This document shows, one piece after another, positions 11,989 through 29,217 of a stretch of DNA of 64,000 nucleotides (positions within the stretch are counted from its first letter, which is position 1; every line of letters begins with the position of its first letter). A program made the position numbers and the translations under genes. The notes beneath the pieces are model-generated. The model saw only the letters and a list, made by a program, of their open reading frames with translations. It searched no databases and had not been told where the DNA came from. The DNA is from Zygnema circumcarinatum SAG 698-1b (Eukaryota; Plantae; Zygnematophyceae): contig CM074807.1 of assembly GCA_037447605.1 (NCBI GenBank), positions 1,860,001 through 1,924,000 of the forward strand. Reading direction: 5' to 3'.

Positions 11989-14900
11989 ATGGCGTTGTGC
12001 TGCGTGGCTGCTTCGTTACCACTTTGTTTTTGCGGGGTGGGATGCGCCAGCTGGATCAAGAAGAGGTGCTCCCTGCACGGCTCCATGGCTAGTAAGGAGT
12101 GGCCGGAGGCGACTGCGTCAGAGTTCAAAGACGTGGGAAGAGTGTGCCGCCTTATTCTCTCTGTGTACGAAGAGGATATTACACATCCGCAGTATGCGGA
12201 TCACCTGATTCCAGAGCAAGTTGTCAAAAGAGTGACCTATGCTGATGCCGGCGGAAAGTGTCCTCCGTATCTTATTTATGTGGACCATGACGCCAAAGAC
12301 CTTGCGCTTGTCATTAGAGGACTTCACCTTTTGAAAGAAGCGGATTACGCCGTACTCATGGACAACAGGAAGGGTCAGCAGGTCAGCAATGCAGCTGCAA
12401 ATGGCTGTAAGGGTTTTGTGCCCAACCGCTTATTTTTTCTTCTTTCTTGTACCGTGTTTTTTTCTTTTTTCCGACGACCCCCCCCACTCCCCCCCAAACA
12501 ATAATTTTTAAGTTAAGTTTCTGAGACAGCATACTCCATGGCGGTTTCAACAAGGAGATGCCACCAACCAACTGAAAGCAACCAGAAACCAATCAGAACA
12601 CAGCAAAAACAAGTGAAAGCGTGAACCTGGACTAACTGCTACATGAGAGGTTATTCTGGAGTGACCTTTAGCAGCCCCTTTTTCTTTAATCGCATGAAAT
12701 ACCGTTCTATTTTTTGAAGGTTACAGAATCGGGACCTTGGATTAAAAAAAATTGTCTACAGCTATTTAATTATGCATTAGTGCCGGCAAAATGGGTAGCT
12801 GGGGACCAACAGAGCAATGCAGGTGGGCGAAGTTTCACTTGCGTGTCTTAGAAAACATAACGATGAAATATGAATTTAAAAGCTTTGATTGTAAGGCAGT
12901 CGAGCCAGCTAAGAATGGTTCAAATGCCTGCTGTGCCAATCTTGGTGATGTAAATGTTGCATATATGCGGGGATACATACCGCTGGCTTGTTCTCGTTTT
13001 TAAGCAAGATTTGCAGAACGCTAAGGAATGTCTTTATCCAATGGACTTTGTCATTGCAGCTCCATTAACTGTTTTGGATTTTTGCATTATGTTTTATCTG
13101 CATAGTGCTTTCACAGTAGTGATTGCTGTTCTACACAATGTTTCTTGCCAAAGATGTGGATGCCACCTGTGGATACAATGCTGAGCCGTGCAGTTACCTG
13201 GTTATACACTCTACCTTATGATCCCTCCACAAACAGACCAGTGCTACCGGTGATGACATAAAAAATGCGGAAGTGCTTGCAGAAGTTTGATGGAGGCTAT
13301 GTGCACAAAGGGCTTCTCCGCGTGGCGGCGTGGCTGCTCGAGAAGGAGTTTGAGACCTTGAAAGGGTTGCTGGTGAAGCACAAGGATTACACTTTGACCT
13401 TGGGTGGCCATTCGCTGGGCAGCGGTGTGGCAGCCCTCATGACCATCATTCTGGTGAACAGCAAACATTTGCTTGGGCCTATCTCCCCGGATCGTATTAC
13501 CTGCTATGCAATTTGTCCAACTCGATGTACCTCCATGAACCTTTCTGTGCGCTATGCCGACTGCATCAAGTCTATTGTACTGCAGGTAACCTGCAACTTG
13601 GTGCCTGCACCGCCTTTATATTCTTTTACCCTTTCATGCTTGACCAGTTTTTAGCCGTAAGCTAGAAAGGAGGGAAACTCCTTCAACTCCAGTGTTGAAG
13701 TCCACTGATCTCTTTAGTGTGTCCAAATGGCGCCACTGCGTGTACTTGAGTCTTGGGAAATCAGCTTTTGAAATTGCCTTCTGCCGCGGGGTAAAGAGTA
13801 GTTCGAATCGGACAGGCAACTTTGAGGACCTTTCTATGGACGACTTTTCGAGTAGGGACGAAGTGGGGATTTTATTCTGGGAGATACCAAGGAAAAACTC
13901 TGTTTATAAAGAAGCTATGTGTGAGTATTTATGACAGCTGAGTGACAACAGAGACATTTCGGAGTGCATGGCGTGCGGTTTTTTTATATTATTAAAGTAC
14001 ACGGTGGACGAGGTTTTGCCCTCCATCTCTTTTCAGTCCCACGTAGTTTTCAGAAATCAGATAGGACTAGTTCTTTCAGAATTTGTTTCATCACTGATAC
14101 ATCAGATAAGACCAGCATTGCATGAGAAAGGGTGAGAGAATCATGATATTCAACTCTGACTACTTTTGACTGTAGAATGCTCCTTTTCAACTGATTCACA
14201 TGACTGTTATCGAAGGACTAGGCAGCCATAGCCATGCCGGCTTCTCCCTTTTTGCCACTGTCTATGTGGATTGCCAACACAAGATAAAACCCACACCTTC
14301 CTTCCGATTGAACTATTGATGGGCCGTTAATGAATAGTCAAAGCCAAGGAATGGCAGCAGGGGATGAACCCTCCAACGAAAGTTTTCGGTTCACCTGAAA
14401 AGAACGTTTTTGTCATGGGTTCGACTCGGCGTCAATTACTAATGAGGATGTAGGCCTGTCATTCTGGGGTCTGTGCAGGATGACTTCCTCCCTCGGACGA
14501 CGGTGCCTCTTCAGATCATCTTTGGAGCTGCTCTTTGGTGAGAGCTTGTGCTTATTGCCCTTTTCGTGTACAGTCTTGATACCCCGGCGACTCTTTATCA
14601 AATTCTGCACTTTACCGACATGATTTTCAATTGCAAGGATCAAAAGTTTCAATGCTTTTCTCTATATATGTGTGCGTCGGGATGGATTGAGTGACTGGTT
14701 TTTGCCGGATCCTTTAATTTCGTTTCTCGTGGCTCGCTCATCCGCCTGAATCTTTTTGGATTGTTGTGTGTATGTTTCAGCTTGCCATGCCTCATGGCCT
14801 ACTCCTGTGTCATCGATACCCTTATTCCGGAAAAAAAGAAATTGCAGGACCCTCGTCGTTTGTATGCGCCAGGCCGCCTTTACCATATTGTATACAAGCG

Positions 14901-17038
14901 TGTTGGCAGGTAAATTGCTCATTTGCTTTCCTCATTATTACGGTGCTGACTGCTGCAACACTTGATAGTGTCTCGGACCAAAACATAGGCCACTCCCCAT
15001 CGTAGTCCTCTGGCATTGAGTGTACAGCAGTTGAATGCAAAAGGTTGAGGGTGAGAAGAGAGGGAAACTCGAGGACTGAGCCCATGAAAGATCGATGTGG
15101 TTTGCGGCGGCGAGCACAGAGGTATTTGTGAAAGGACGACTCGTGATTTATGGAGCCTACTTGTTGTAATGCTTCGTAGCGGTATGAAGTGAAAAGCTAA
15201 ATTTAGCGTCAAATCTTAGACGGGACGATCTCAGTATGCATGTAAATCGTCAGCAGAGGGGGTGCTGCTGGTTTTGAAGCAGTGGCACCTTTCGGGTTGT
15301 GTTTTGGGATGCCTTCAGTTTCAAGGTGTATCCTCCACAGGTACGAACAGCAATCCCGGTGGACGGTCGATTTGAGAACCTCGTCTGTTCCTGCAATGCA
15401 ACAGAGGACCACTCATTGGTTCAGCTGGAGAAGAAGGTTGAGGAGGCAACTCAGGTATGCTGTCAGTTGTGCTTGTTTGTACAAGTATGTGGATGTTCCT
15501 GCGTGCCTGAATGTGTACAAACTTTGTGAAATCTAAATTTCTTGACAGGAAGAATTGCTAACTGCAAGTTGTTCTTGCCCTTTTGGAAGGGAAAATTGCT
15601 GAACTTTTGGAGAAGATCAATAAATTTCCTTGTTCGGTCTTGGATGTTCATTGTCAGGAAGCTTTTTTTCTGTACATGCAATCGCTCTATTCAGGTGTTG
15701 TGTGGTAAATGATGTACAATCTACGCTGATATTCGTTTGAGGATGACCTTTTTACCGAATTCTTGTCGTGTATTTTTGTTGTTGTGTGTAACACAGTAGG
15801 CTAAAGTTCTGTCAGATTGGTTAGATACAGTCGAAGGAGGGTCTCTTGGCAGTGACAAGTCTTGCATGGCTCCTGTCCCTGTGCAGATTCTTGTGCGTGA
15901 AGAGGAGATGGCAGCATTGGAGCCGCCATCTCTAGAGACCATGTCCCGCTCTTACACCATGGAGGACCGCAGGGAAGAACACCGGCAGGCTCTGAAGCGG
16001 GCTATGTCCCTTGGAGTGCAGAATACAAACCGTCGACTATTTGATGGTGGAAGCGAAGAGAGTGGGGACGAGGAGACTGACGACGAGCTTGTCATTCAAG
16101 GGATGAACGATGACCATGTGACCACTGATGAACACACTCTTTGGGATAGGATAAAGGAGTCGTTCTCAGGGATGAGGACCCTCTTTGGGAACAAGAAGGC
16201 GCTTCCTTTGGAAGTGACAAGAACAGAGCTTGAAATGATTGCGGAAGACGTTAAGGCTGAAGGCAAAACTGGCAGTAAGGGTGAGATGAGAGATAGCCCG
16301 GGAGGTAAAGATAATTTGGTGTCTCCTGACGCTCACGTCATTGAGTCGAGTGAGACGTCAGGCCGAAAGCCGTCAATCTATAGTGACCAGCCGGAACTGA
16401 TTGAAGAAGTTACAACTGGAAGTGATACCACCATAGGGGCTCCTGCTGCTGCGACTATTGAAAAAGAAGGCAACAGAGAGAAGCCACGTGTTGTAGTAGG
16501 GGTGCAGAGCAAGACAATGTCTGAGAGTAAGGAGGAAAGGCACTTGAGGAAAAAGCAGCAGAAGCGTGAGAGGAAGGTGCGGAAACAGAAGCGGAGATTG
16601 GCAGCTTTGCAAAGGGCCCGTGAAGAACAACTTGTGAGAGAGGAGAAAAGGAAGGCGGAGATGATACGGGAAGCTGTGCCCGCTTTAACGAAGTGGGATA
16701 AAGCAATAGAAGAGCTCATAAAGAGGAACCGTAGCCTTAAGAAGGTCAAAACAAAGGTAGAGAAGCGGAACAGTTGGCACAAGGTGAGAGTAAGTCTGCC
16801 TAAGATAGTTTCGTGGGGCAGAAAGGAGGGGACACAGGGAGAAGCCACAGGAGAGTGCGACGGAGAGACACGAGTTGGGGCAGAGATGAGTGGCTCGGAT
16901 ATGGTTAATGTTCCTGCAGTAAAGAGCAGTGCAGCTGAGATAGAAGAGGCTGAGGCAGGGGGGACAGGCATTTTGCCTGCAGCTAGTGGGGATTCTATAG
17001 GAAGGCTCTCCGTGAGAAAACAGGATGATCCCTTGTGA
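11989..17038 (+). CDS. Class 3 lipase / alpha-beta hydrolase of the plant mono/diacylglycerol-lipase-like group (calmodulin-binding heat-shock protein-like), with a long charged C-terminal exon
   Basis: Cys-rich N-terminus MALCCVAASLPLCFCGVGCASW, then PPYLIYVDHD...IRGL, KFDGGYVHKGLL, nucleophile GHSLG (about 13405), DDFLPR (about 14500) and RTAIPVDGRFENLVCSCNATEDH (about 15345-15410). The last exon ends at TGA 17038. Confidence 0.88.
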
Positions 17039-17948
17039 TTATTTGGCTTGCAACATGGGGGTATTCGATTGGGCTTCTTTAGGGTTGTCATCCTCAATTT
17101 TGGGCATACAATGTTTGTGTTTAACCTCTAGGTAGATAATATTTTTAGCGCACTTCGGTTACTTGTGTAGAACATTGATTGGAAATTAGAAGGTGAGATG
17201 TGGCGTTGAAATTATAATTAATCGGAAAATATGATTATTTGAAAATAGGTGTCCAGCTTGACCAATTGAGCATTCATGGATAATTGTCTCTCTAGAATCT
17301 ATAATGATGAATAACAAGTTTGATCACACTGGGCAAATGACAGGGTAGTATAGCTGGATTCTGAATTTCTGTACTGTTGCACAGTATTCCATCTACGTGC
17401 TTGGACTAGTGTCTTTCCCTGAAATGATTCATAGAAATTTGTTTTTGGAAGCCGATGCATCCATAATCCAAGTGTTCGGTTTCACGAGTTGATGCTCCGG
17501 AGCTGCAATCTGAGGCGGCGGTTTTTTCCAACCCCCGAAACGAAGTTATTCAACCAGCTGCAACCAGCTAAATGATAACCGCCGATGATAGCCTGTTGAA
17601 TGGCTGAAATACACGAGTGTTTTGTTACATTCCTCATTGGAAGAGAATCTTCTTCCTTTCCATGAAAAACATTCCATTTCATTTTTCTTTTCTTCTAGAC
17701 AGAGGAAACGGTATTACGAAGGCTGCGTTTTCATGGTTCACTTTTTGCTCACGTGCTTCTTAAACTTTGCCGATGCAATCTCGCAAGTGTGGACGATTGC
17801 ATTAATTGGAGATCGAGAATGTTGAATGAAGCGCGAAGTAATGATTGTTTCTTTCTTTCTTATAAAACTTGAACTATTTTACAGGAAAATTGTCTAAGAA
17901 TAGTTCCAAAAGATGTCAATACCATTCTACCTAAAATGCTATTGCTTC

Positions 17949-21440
<3,492 letters not shown>

Positions 21441-22051
21441 CGCTGTGTCACACCGCTGGGACTCCGATCTTGGCACTCGCCCCCCTGTAGTGCTCCCTGA
21501 CGACAACTTCACGAAGGGTGGAGTCGCTGAGCGCAGGCGAACCAGCCAGCAAGCGAGCAATGAGCGCTGAATGAGCAGTCTCCCGATGGCGGCGGCGCGC
21601 GCTAAATGGCGGGGTCCATCTACTACTGCGCTCAGATCCGCCGTCGCCGCGCGAATCCACCACGTCAATGGGGCCCCGCGCAGCCAATCGAAGCGCTCGC
21701 CCTCGTTCCTCCGCCAATCGCAGAGGTCCTTTGCACGTGCGGGCGAGACTGCCTCGCGTCGCGTTGCGCTTCTAGAAGGGGCCGCTCCCACGCCGCCATC
21801 CGCAGTTGACTGCGCCCCCGCCACGTTGTTGCGACGCTCCCATTGGCCAGCCGGCCGAAACTAAGTAATCACCCAATGCGGGCCCGGCACGTGGCACAGT
21901 CAGCGGACCCAGTGCCACGGTGGCGGCTCGTCCGGGAGTAAAAGTCTCTGCGCAGGCGCTCTCCGCGCGCCTGCTTCTGCTTGCTTGCCTGCCTGCCTGC
22001 CTGCCTCGCCTTCTGCTGCAGGACGGCACTACTGCCATTGGCCCGGCAGCC
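21441..22051. promoter_or_regulatory. Bidirectional BiP/GRP94 promoter with ER-stress elements
   Basis: CCAAT-N10-CACG (plant ERSE-I) at 21873-21891. CCACGTCA (reverse complement of the UPRE TGACGTGG) at 21660-21667. Extra CCAAT at 21684 and 21714, and ATTGG at 21842. Two-unit HSE cTTCtaGAAg at 21769-21778. GC-rich. Confidence 0.8.
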
Positions 22052-25000
22052 ATGGGTGCGCGGACGGCCCTAGTGGCGGGGCTTATGGTGCTGCTGGCTT
22101 TTCACACGCTCTCAGGTGAGTGGAGCGGAGAAAGGCAGATCTTTCAGGGAATGTTGGCATTCGTATTGGTTGATTAAAGCGCAAGGGAAGGAATGGTGAG
22201 GGTGGCTTGAGAGTACGGCTGGTGGGGATGGAGCTGCAGAGTGGTGGTCTGGTCGGGATACATCATTTACCCCTGTCGTTTGGCTTCTTGCGTCTTCTGC
22301 TTCTCTGTGCTGACTTGTTTGTTTGTATGACGCCTCCTGTGTGATACCAGCATCTCCGTTCGCGAAGGCTTCAGACGCTCAAACTGACGCTCCTTCCACT
22401 TCCGACCTCCCCAAGGTAGAAGAGAATGTGGCGGTTGTACCGCCTGCATCTGCAACAGACACCCAGACTCAGGAAAGGTAAGCTAGAGAACGTCGAAAGG
22501 GGGCTCAGCAGCAACCTTTCGTTTCTGTTGTTGTCAAGCTGATGAGGTTCTTTGGATGCCAACTGCCTCCTTTGGCAAGGGTATTGTCCAGCTCCCTCTG
22601 AGCCACTTGCACCTGACGGTATGAATGTACCCGGCAATTTCAGGGAGAAGGCGTCCATCCGCCGGTCTGCAGAGAAATACGAATTTCAAGCAGAAGTTTC
22701 CAGGTTGATGGACATCATTATTAACTCACTGTACAGTAACAAGGACATTTTCCTCCGCGAGCTTATCTCTAACGCTTCTGATGTAAGTTATTGCATCAGC
22801 TATCCAGCTCTTCGCTTTTTCTGGGGTTCAAATTATAGGCCCCCTTTCTATATGTGTTGGGATTTATGCTGAATGAATACAGAGCTTGATCCTTCCATTT
22901 GTGCAGGCCCTGGACAAGATTCGATTCCTGTCGCTGACTGACAAGACCATTCTTGGTGAAGGAGAGGATGCTAAGCTTGAAATTCAGGTATGTGGACGCT
23001 AGCCATCGCAGTGCAGCATGTTGACATTGTAAGGAGAAATTCGACTATGAAGATCCTTCAGTGGTGAGATATGCCGTTGTAGCCTAGCTAATGGCTTGGC
23101 AGGTTCTGGGTTGATGCAGATGAAACTTGACAAGGAGAATAAGATTCTTACAATCAGAGACAGAGGGATTGGAATGACGAAGGAGGATCTCATTAAAAAT
23201 TTGGGAACCATCGCAAAATCTGGAACCTCAGGTTAGCCTCAGTATAATGTTCCCGTATGAAGAGCTGCTGCTGGCCTCTGAGCTATGTTCTGAATGACGT
23301 TTTGCTAGTGAGGCTTTTCATGATATCAAGTATTGTGGCAGGGCAAAAACTCTTTTTTTTTAATTTCGTATGGGACGAGAAGTTGATATTTTTGATTTTT
23401 ATCTAGCTTACTAATTTGTGAAGGAAGTTCTGTTATGGATGGTCGGGTGTGGCAGCCTTCTTGGAACAGATGCAGAAGGGTGGTGATCTGAGTCTCATTG
23501 GTCAATTTGGAGTTGGCTTCTACTCTGTTTACCTGGTGGCGGATTTTGTTGAGGTTCACAGCAAGCACAATGATGACCGGCAGTAAGTGGCAGACTGAGG
23601 CAACTGGTCAAGGGATCTGGCCCTATACAATCTGTTTCTATTGCTTTCCGATTCCTGTAGTCAGCCACTCTGTTTTTTTTTTTCACCTTTTCTTTGTTTT
23701 ATTATTGAAACTTCAGTTATTGTTGGAAATATGATTTGGAAACCAAGCTTTTTCTATGAATAGTGCCTCAGTTTAATGAATACTTCTGAGTCTGGCATGT
23801 TTGGCTGGCACAGGTGGGTGTGGGCGTCTAAGGCCGACGGGAACTTTGAAGTCTACGAAGACACTGAAAGTGAGCCTCTAGGCAGAGGAACGGAGATTCG
23901 CATCCACCTGAAGAGCGAGGCCGGTGAATACTCTACTGAGGATAAGCTGCGAGTGAGTTTCAGTAGCACCATTTAAACTCAGAACCACGGAGGAAACACA
24001 AGTAGGGAGAGTGGTCCTTTTCCAGTCTTCGTCAGTACTTAGCTGCTTTAACGAGCATTTTTATATTGTATAGATTTAAGTACAGCAGGTATGTGGCAAT
24101 TTGTATTGATCTACACCTGCTGGAGCTGCACTCTAACTCTGCGGTTCTCTCTGAAAATATGAAGGCGAAGTAAAGGTGATAGAGAGGGGGTGTCGGCTTA
24201 AGCAACTGTCGTGTAATAATTATGGCAGGGCGATCGTGAGGTTCGTGTACCTGTTTTAAACCTGATTTCTCTGGGCTTTGCAGGAGTTAGTTAAGAAGTA
24301 TTCAGAATTCATCAATTTCCCCATCTCCCTCTGGTCTAGTAAGGAAGTTGACGTAGAGGCCCCGGAAGAGGAGACTTCTGAGGATGTGGAGGAAACAGAC
24401 TCTGAGAAAGGTGTGTGGGCTGGTGGCCTCCTTAATCATAATAGATCAGGTTCTTGTGATGAATTCTTTGACATTCGGGGTGGTGAGGCCTTGTCGCATG
24501 TACGATTGCACATTTGAACTTCTGTTTTAATGGCTTTCCAGACGAGGAAGGGAAGGAGGAAACGGATGAGTCGGAGGAGGAAGAGGTGGAAGAGGAGGAA
24601 TCATCGAGTAAGTTCTGCCGTTTTCGTGTTGCTTGAATCTCTCTCCCTCCTTTTGTAATCTCTCCCTACGGCCAGCGCTACTCCAGTGTAACGGATTCTT
24701 CGGGTCGATTTTGTCCAACGTTACGATTTTTGCCAGATTCAATAGTCGTACCCGCATGATTCATGCAGCTGACACTAACGGTAACTGTAGCTTGGCTTGG
24801 GCTGACTTATCCTTTCAGAGGAATCAAAGAAAACTGTGAAAGAGACAAAATGGGATTGGGAGTTGTTGAACGACGTGAAGGCTGTGTGGCTGCGGAATCC
24901 TAAGGATGTGACTGAGGAGGAATACCTTAAATTCTACAAGTCCTTGGCTAAGGTGCTACTTCAGCCCTTTTTCGGAACTAGCAACGCCCACCAGCAAATG

Positions 25001-28000
25001 TCTGAATTGCTGAATGCAATTGTGCGCCTTGTGTAGTTTAGCATTGCAACACTTTGTGGTTGCCAATCGGTAGGTATTCTCAACCTCGTTAACAAGTTCT
25101 TACTTTTGATAATTGATGACCTGTGTTTACTGCCAGTTTGTCTTGAATCCACGACGCTGTGTTATTTCTTTTCTGTAAAGAGTCTGTCCTTCTCCTTAGA
25201 CACTCTTGTCGCAGTGACTTCTATTGTTCGACGCAGTAACTTCTCAGCATTTGAATTTGGGCATGGCAGTTTTCTGAACAGCGGACGGTTAGCTACTCTG
25301 TGTCCAGGATTTTGGAAGTGACAAACCTCTATCATGGTCGCACTTCACCGCTGAAGGAGATGTGGAATTCAAAGCCATCTTGTACATTCCTCCCCGAGCT
25401 GCCCATGACCTGTACGACAACTACTACAGCAATAAGGCCAACTTGAAGCTGTACGTCAGACGGGTGTTCATCTCGGATGACTTTGAGGACCTACTTCCAA
25501 AATATTTGAATTTCCTAAAGGTCAGTCATCTAATTTTTTTTTTTTCAATTTGCTAGCTAATGTCCTTTAAAGAGAAAATTTTGTTTTCTAAAGTAGAAAG
25601 GGATTCTTGCTGATCGCTCATGTGAGCATCTCCTATCTTAAATCAGCAGGTGGCCTGACATATGTTTAGGAGGGGAGCAGGGTATTGTGGACTCAGATAC
25701 ACTACCCCTAAATGTATCGCGAGAAATGTTGCAACAGCACAGCAGTTTGAAGACCATAAAAAAGAAGCTCATCCGAAAAGCGCTGGACATGATTCGGCGA
25801 ATGGCGGAAGAGGACAGTGAAGATACCAAGAAGGAGTCGAGTGATGAAGGTGGGGAGCATGGAGCTAAATAGTTTAACGTTTATAATGCAATCAATGTGT
25901 CCAATTAAAGAGTCGTGCAATTTGATCTTGAAGTTGTCGCCTTTGCCTAGAGATAACCATGCTATTCTTAACCTGTCGATTAAATATTTTCATGTTTGGC
26001 AGAGGATAAGAGCGAGGACTCTGAATCTAGTGACAAAAAGGGCAAGTATGCTAAATTCTGGAAAGAATATGGTAAGGCGCTGAAGCTGGGTGTGATTGAA
26101 GATGCGTCTAATCGCGGGAGGCTAGCCAAGCTACTTCGCTTCTACAGGTGAGTTAAACGCATCGTAATTTGTTTTCATGTGGTGCGATCCTACTGCCCAT
26201 AAGAAGAGCTAACAGATTCTGTTTTATGACGATGGTTGCAGCTCAAAATCTGGTGACAAGCTTACCAGTTTGGGCGAATATGTTAGCCGGATGAAGGAAG
26301 GGCAGAAGCAAATCTACTACCTCACAGGCCAGACGAAGGAGCTGCTTGAGAAGTCGCCCTTCCTTGAGAAATTGCTCAAGAAGGGTTACGAGGTAAGCTC
26401 CGTGGGAATCACTGGTTTGTATATATATAGATTTTATGACACAGAATGTTTCTTGCTCAGCAGAGCTAGAAATAGAGGGGACCAAGGCACTTTTTCTGCA
26501 ACAAATTGAGTGTTGTAAGCCAGTGATGGTTAATTGTTTAGCAAACATATTAGCCTTGAGGTGAATTTGTGAAGTTGGGTTTACATCTGAAACAATGCTA
26601 TGTTAGAGTCTGAGAGGAAGCCAACGTAAATTTTTTTGTAGCGAGTAGCCGGTCAAGAAGTTGATGCGGTCAGGCAAATTGGCTTTTGCTTTGTCATTTG
26701 ATAAGTAGATCTTTGCCCGGGTCTAACATGATATTATTTACTTAGAAGTCTAGGCCTTTTGCAGAACACAGATCATCGCTCTTGCTTACAACTCCCTTAC
26801 TTTGGCCTTAAAAAGTTGCAGAGGTGGTGAACTGAAGCTAATGGCATTCATGGTATCCGTAAATGGGATGTTTCTCAAATGTCGGTTGTCGATTTGTGCA
26901 GGTGTTGTACCTGACTGACGCAGTCGACGAATATTTAATGCAAAATTTGACAGAATATGATGATTTTAAGTTTCAGAACGCCTCCAAGGATGATCTGAAG
27001 ATCGCCGGTAAGGACAAGGCGAAGGAGAAAGAAGTGACGGAGAGCTTCAAGAGCTTGACAGCGTGGTGGAAGGAGACTATTGGGTCATCGGACGTGGAGA
27101 ACGTGAAAGTAAGTATTGGAGATTATACATTGAAGTGTGTAGTTGTTGCCTGCTGTTGACAGGCTGTTGACACGATATTGACACGTTGGCAATATTTGGA
27201 GTGCTTACATGAGAAGTGTGAGTTTGTTTGTGGCAGGTGAGCAGCCGGCTAGCAGAAACTCCTTGCATTGTCGTGACAAGCAAATACGGATGGAGTGCGA
27301 ACATGGAACGTATCATGCAAGCACAGGCGCTGTCCGACACCAGCAAGTCTAATTACATGAAGGGCCGCAGAACACTTGAGATCAATCCGAAGCATCCTCT
27401 CATCAAGGAATTGAAAGAGCTGGTTGCCAAAGATGACAAGGTATGTTATGCTGAGTTTGCTTTGTAGTCCATGCAGGTGGACTGCATAGCAGTCTGGATG
27501 TGAGTTGGCTCTCAAGACAAGCCGACTAAGTTGAAACTTGTGTAACCTGTTCGCAGGATCCCAAAGCAGCGGAGGTCGCCAAGATTCTTTACGAGACAGC
27601 CCTTCTTGAGAGTGGCTTTGTTCTAAGTGATCCCACTCATTTCGCCAACAGAGTATATGGAACCCTTAAATCGGTCCTAAACGTCGATCCTGAGGCCAAG
27701 GTGGACGACGAGGAAGAGGAGGTGCATGTGGGTGATGAAGTCAAGGTGAGTCCATTGCAGCTTCCAGCTACCATTTGGATTTTGTCAATGCACGTTGAGG
27801 CCCTGAGCCGTATGCGTATAGTCAGCACGGCATAACTGTGGAAAGGTGTCGGAGCGAGAGTAAGCCATGAAAACTAGCGATAATAACCATAGTAGACACA
27901 GTCGCCTCTGTAACTTTCGAGTGTTCCTTGGTGTCCTTCGCCGAGGCTCTGCCTGCCACATTCTAGTGATCTAGCTGTCTGAATTGTCAGGACCCCTGTT

Positions 28001-28316
28001 TGGTTTTGTGGGCACTTGTTGTACAAGCAAATATGTATGTAAGCTGACATTCAGAAATGAGAATGTCATTGAGAGGGAGCAGGAAGAAGGTGAAGACGAG
28101 CCATCAAGCGCAGCTGAGCCTGAGTCTGAACAAGAAGGCTTAGCTCCAATTGATCTTGTGGATGATGAAACCGGAGAAGTGATCCCTGCAGACCAGCATG
28201 GAGCCTATATGGAGAAGTTTGCAGCGAAGAAACAGGCCGAAGCTGAAGCAGAGGCGCTTGCTGGGGGAGGCGCTGCCCAGGCTGCTGAGACTGCTGATCT
28301 CAAGGATGAGCTTTAA
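22052..28316 (+). CDS. GRP94: ER HSP90 (endoplasmin/GRP94, SHEPHERD-like)
   Basis: Signal peptide [21 protein letters not shown], then [99 protein letters not shown] and a C-terminal KDEL followed by TAA. Confidence 0.98.
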
Positions 28317-29158
28317 GAGGAGCTCAGACGTTCAATTCTGATGTTCGATCCAACGGATCTATGCAATAGGCTTAGGTTGTGTAGAGCGATGTAATTTTAT
28401 GGTGCAGGCGCAGGATCCCTTCCGGCAAAAATCGTGAATTGTAAAGTTGAGATAAAAACGATCTGTTCAACTCATAGCGCTTCAATCACATATGTTTGTA
28501 TGTATGAAAATGTTTGTGCAGAGAAAGCTAGGTAAACCGTTGCTTTGGCCAGAGAGAGATTTGGGGTCGGCAGTTGTCAAGCGTCCGTCGAAAGGCTTAG
28601 CCTGCTGGGATGAAGGCATGCGGTACTGGCATTCTTTGTGTACGTCCAGTACAAGTTCTCGTGCAATGTCTCATATGTATGAGAGTGAAGTTGCGTCCAT
28701 TACACATGTACTGGTGAATTGTTAAAAATACACGCATGCCAGCCAACCAAATCTCACAGAGATCCCCCAATATAGATATGCCTCAAATGATCACGTTAAA
28801 AGCATAGTGAACATCCATGATTTTTTGCTCGTGTACAACAAGACACATTAGACAGCCAAGCAACCAACTAAAGAAAAAAATCCTTTGCCGCATAAAAAAC
28901 CCTGTCAACCAGTCTTTTCTCGTTACAGAAATCAAGTCAATCTATCAGAGGAAAAGGGGAAAGGAAAAATTTCGTAAGAAAAACCTCGATTATATTTCAG
29001 CTACTGGTTTCCTCATCCGCTTGGGCAACGTTGGAACAAAGACAACTTCAATGCAAGCTTCACACAGACCTTCCGTTGAGCCAGGAATGGAAGGTTGTCA
29101 GCACGTGTGCCCTGCTTCTCCTACATCCGTGAACATTATATGCATCGGCCACAAAGCG

Positions 29159-29175
29159 CAAACACCCTAAACCCT
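29159..29175. repeat. Short telomere-like/telo-box repeat (AAACCCT x2) near the HAUS3 3' end
   Basis: aaaccctaaaccctaaa read directly; only two units. Confidence 0.45.
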
Positions 29176-29217
29176 AAATTCTAAAATCCCTCTGCACGCC
29201 CCTTAATCCAATAGGTG

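Noticed and set aside
28153-28185. DDETGE in the GRP94 tail as a KEAP1-binding ETGE motif
   Set aside because: The protein is ER-luminal and plants lack a KEAP1-NRF2 system, so this is probably chance in an acidic tail.
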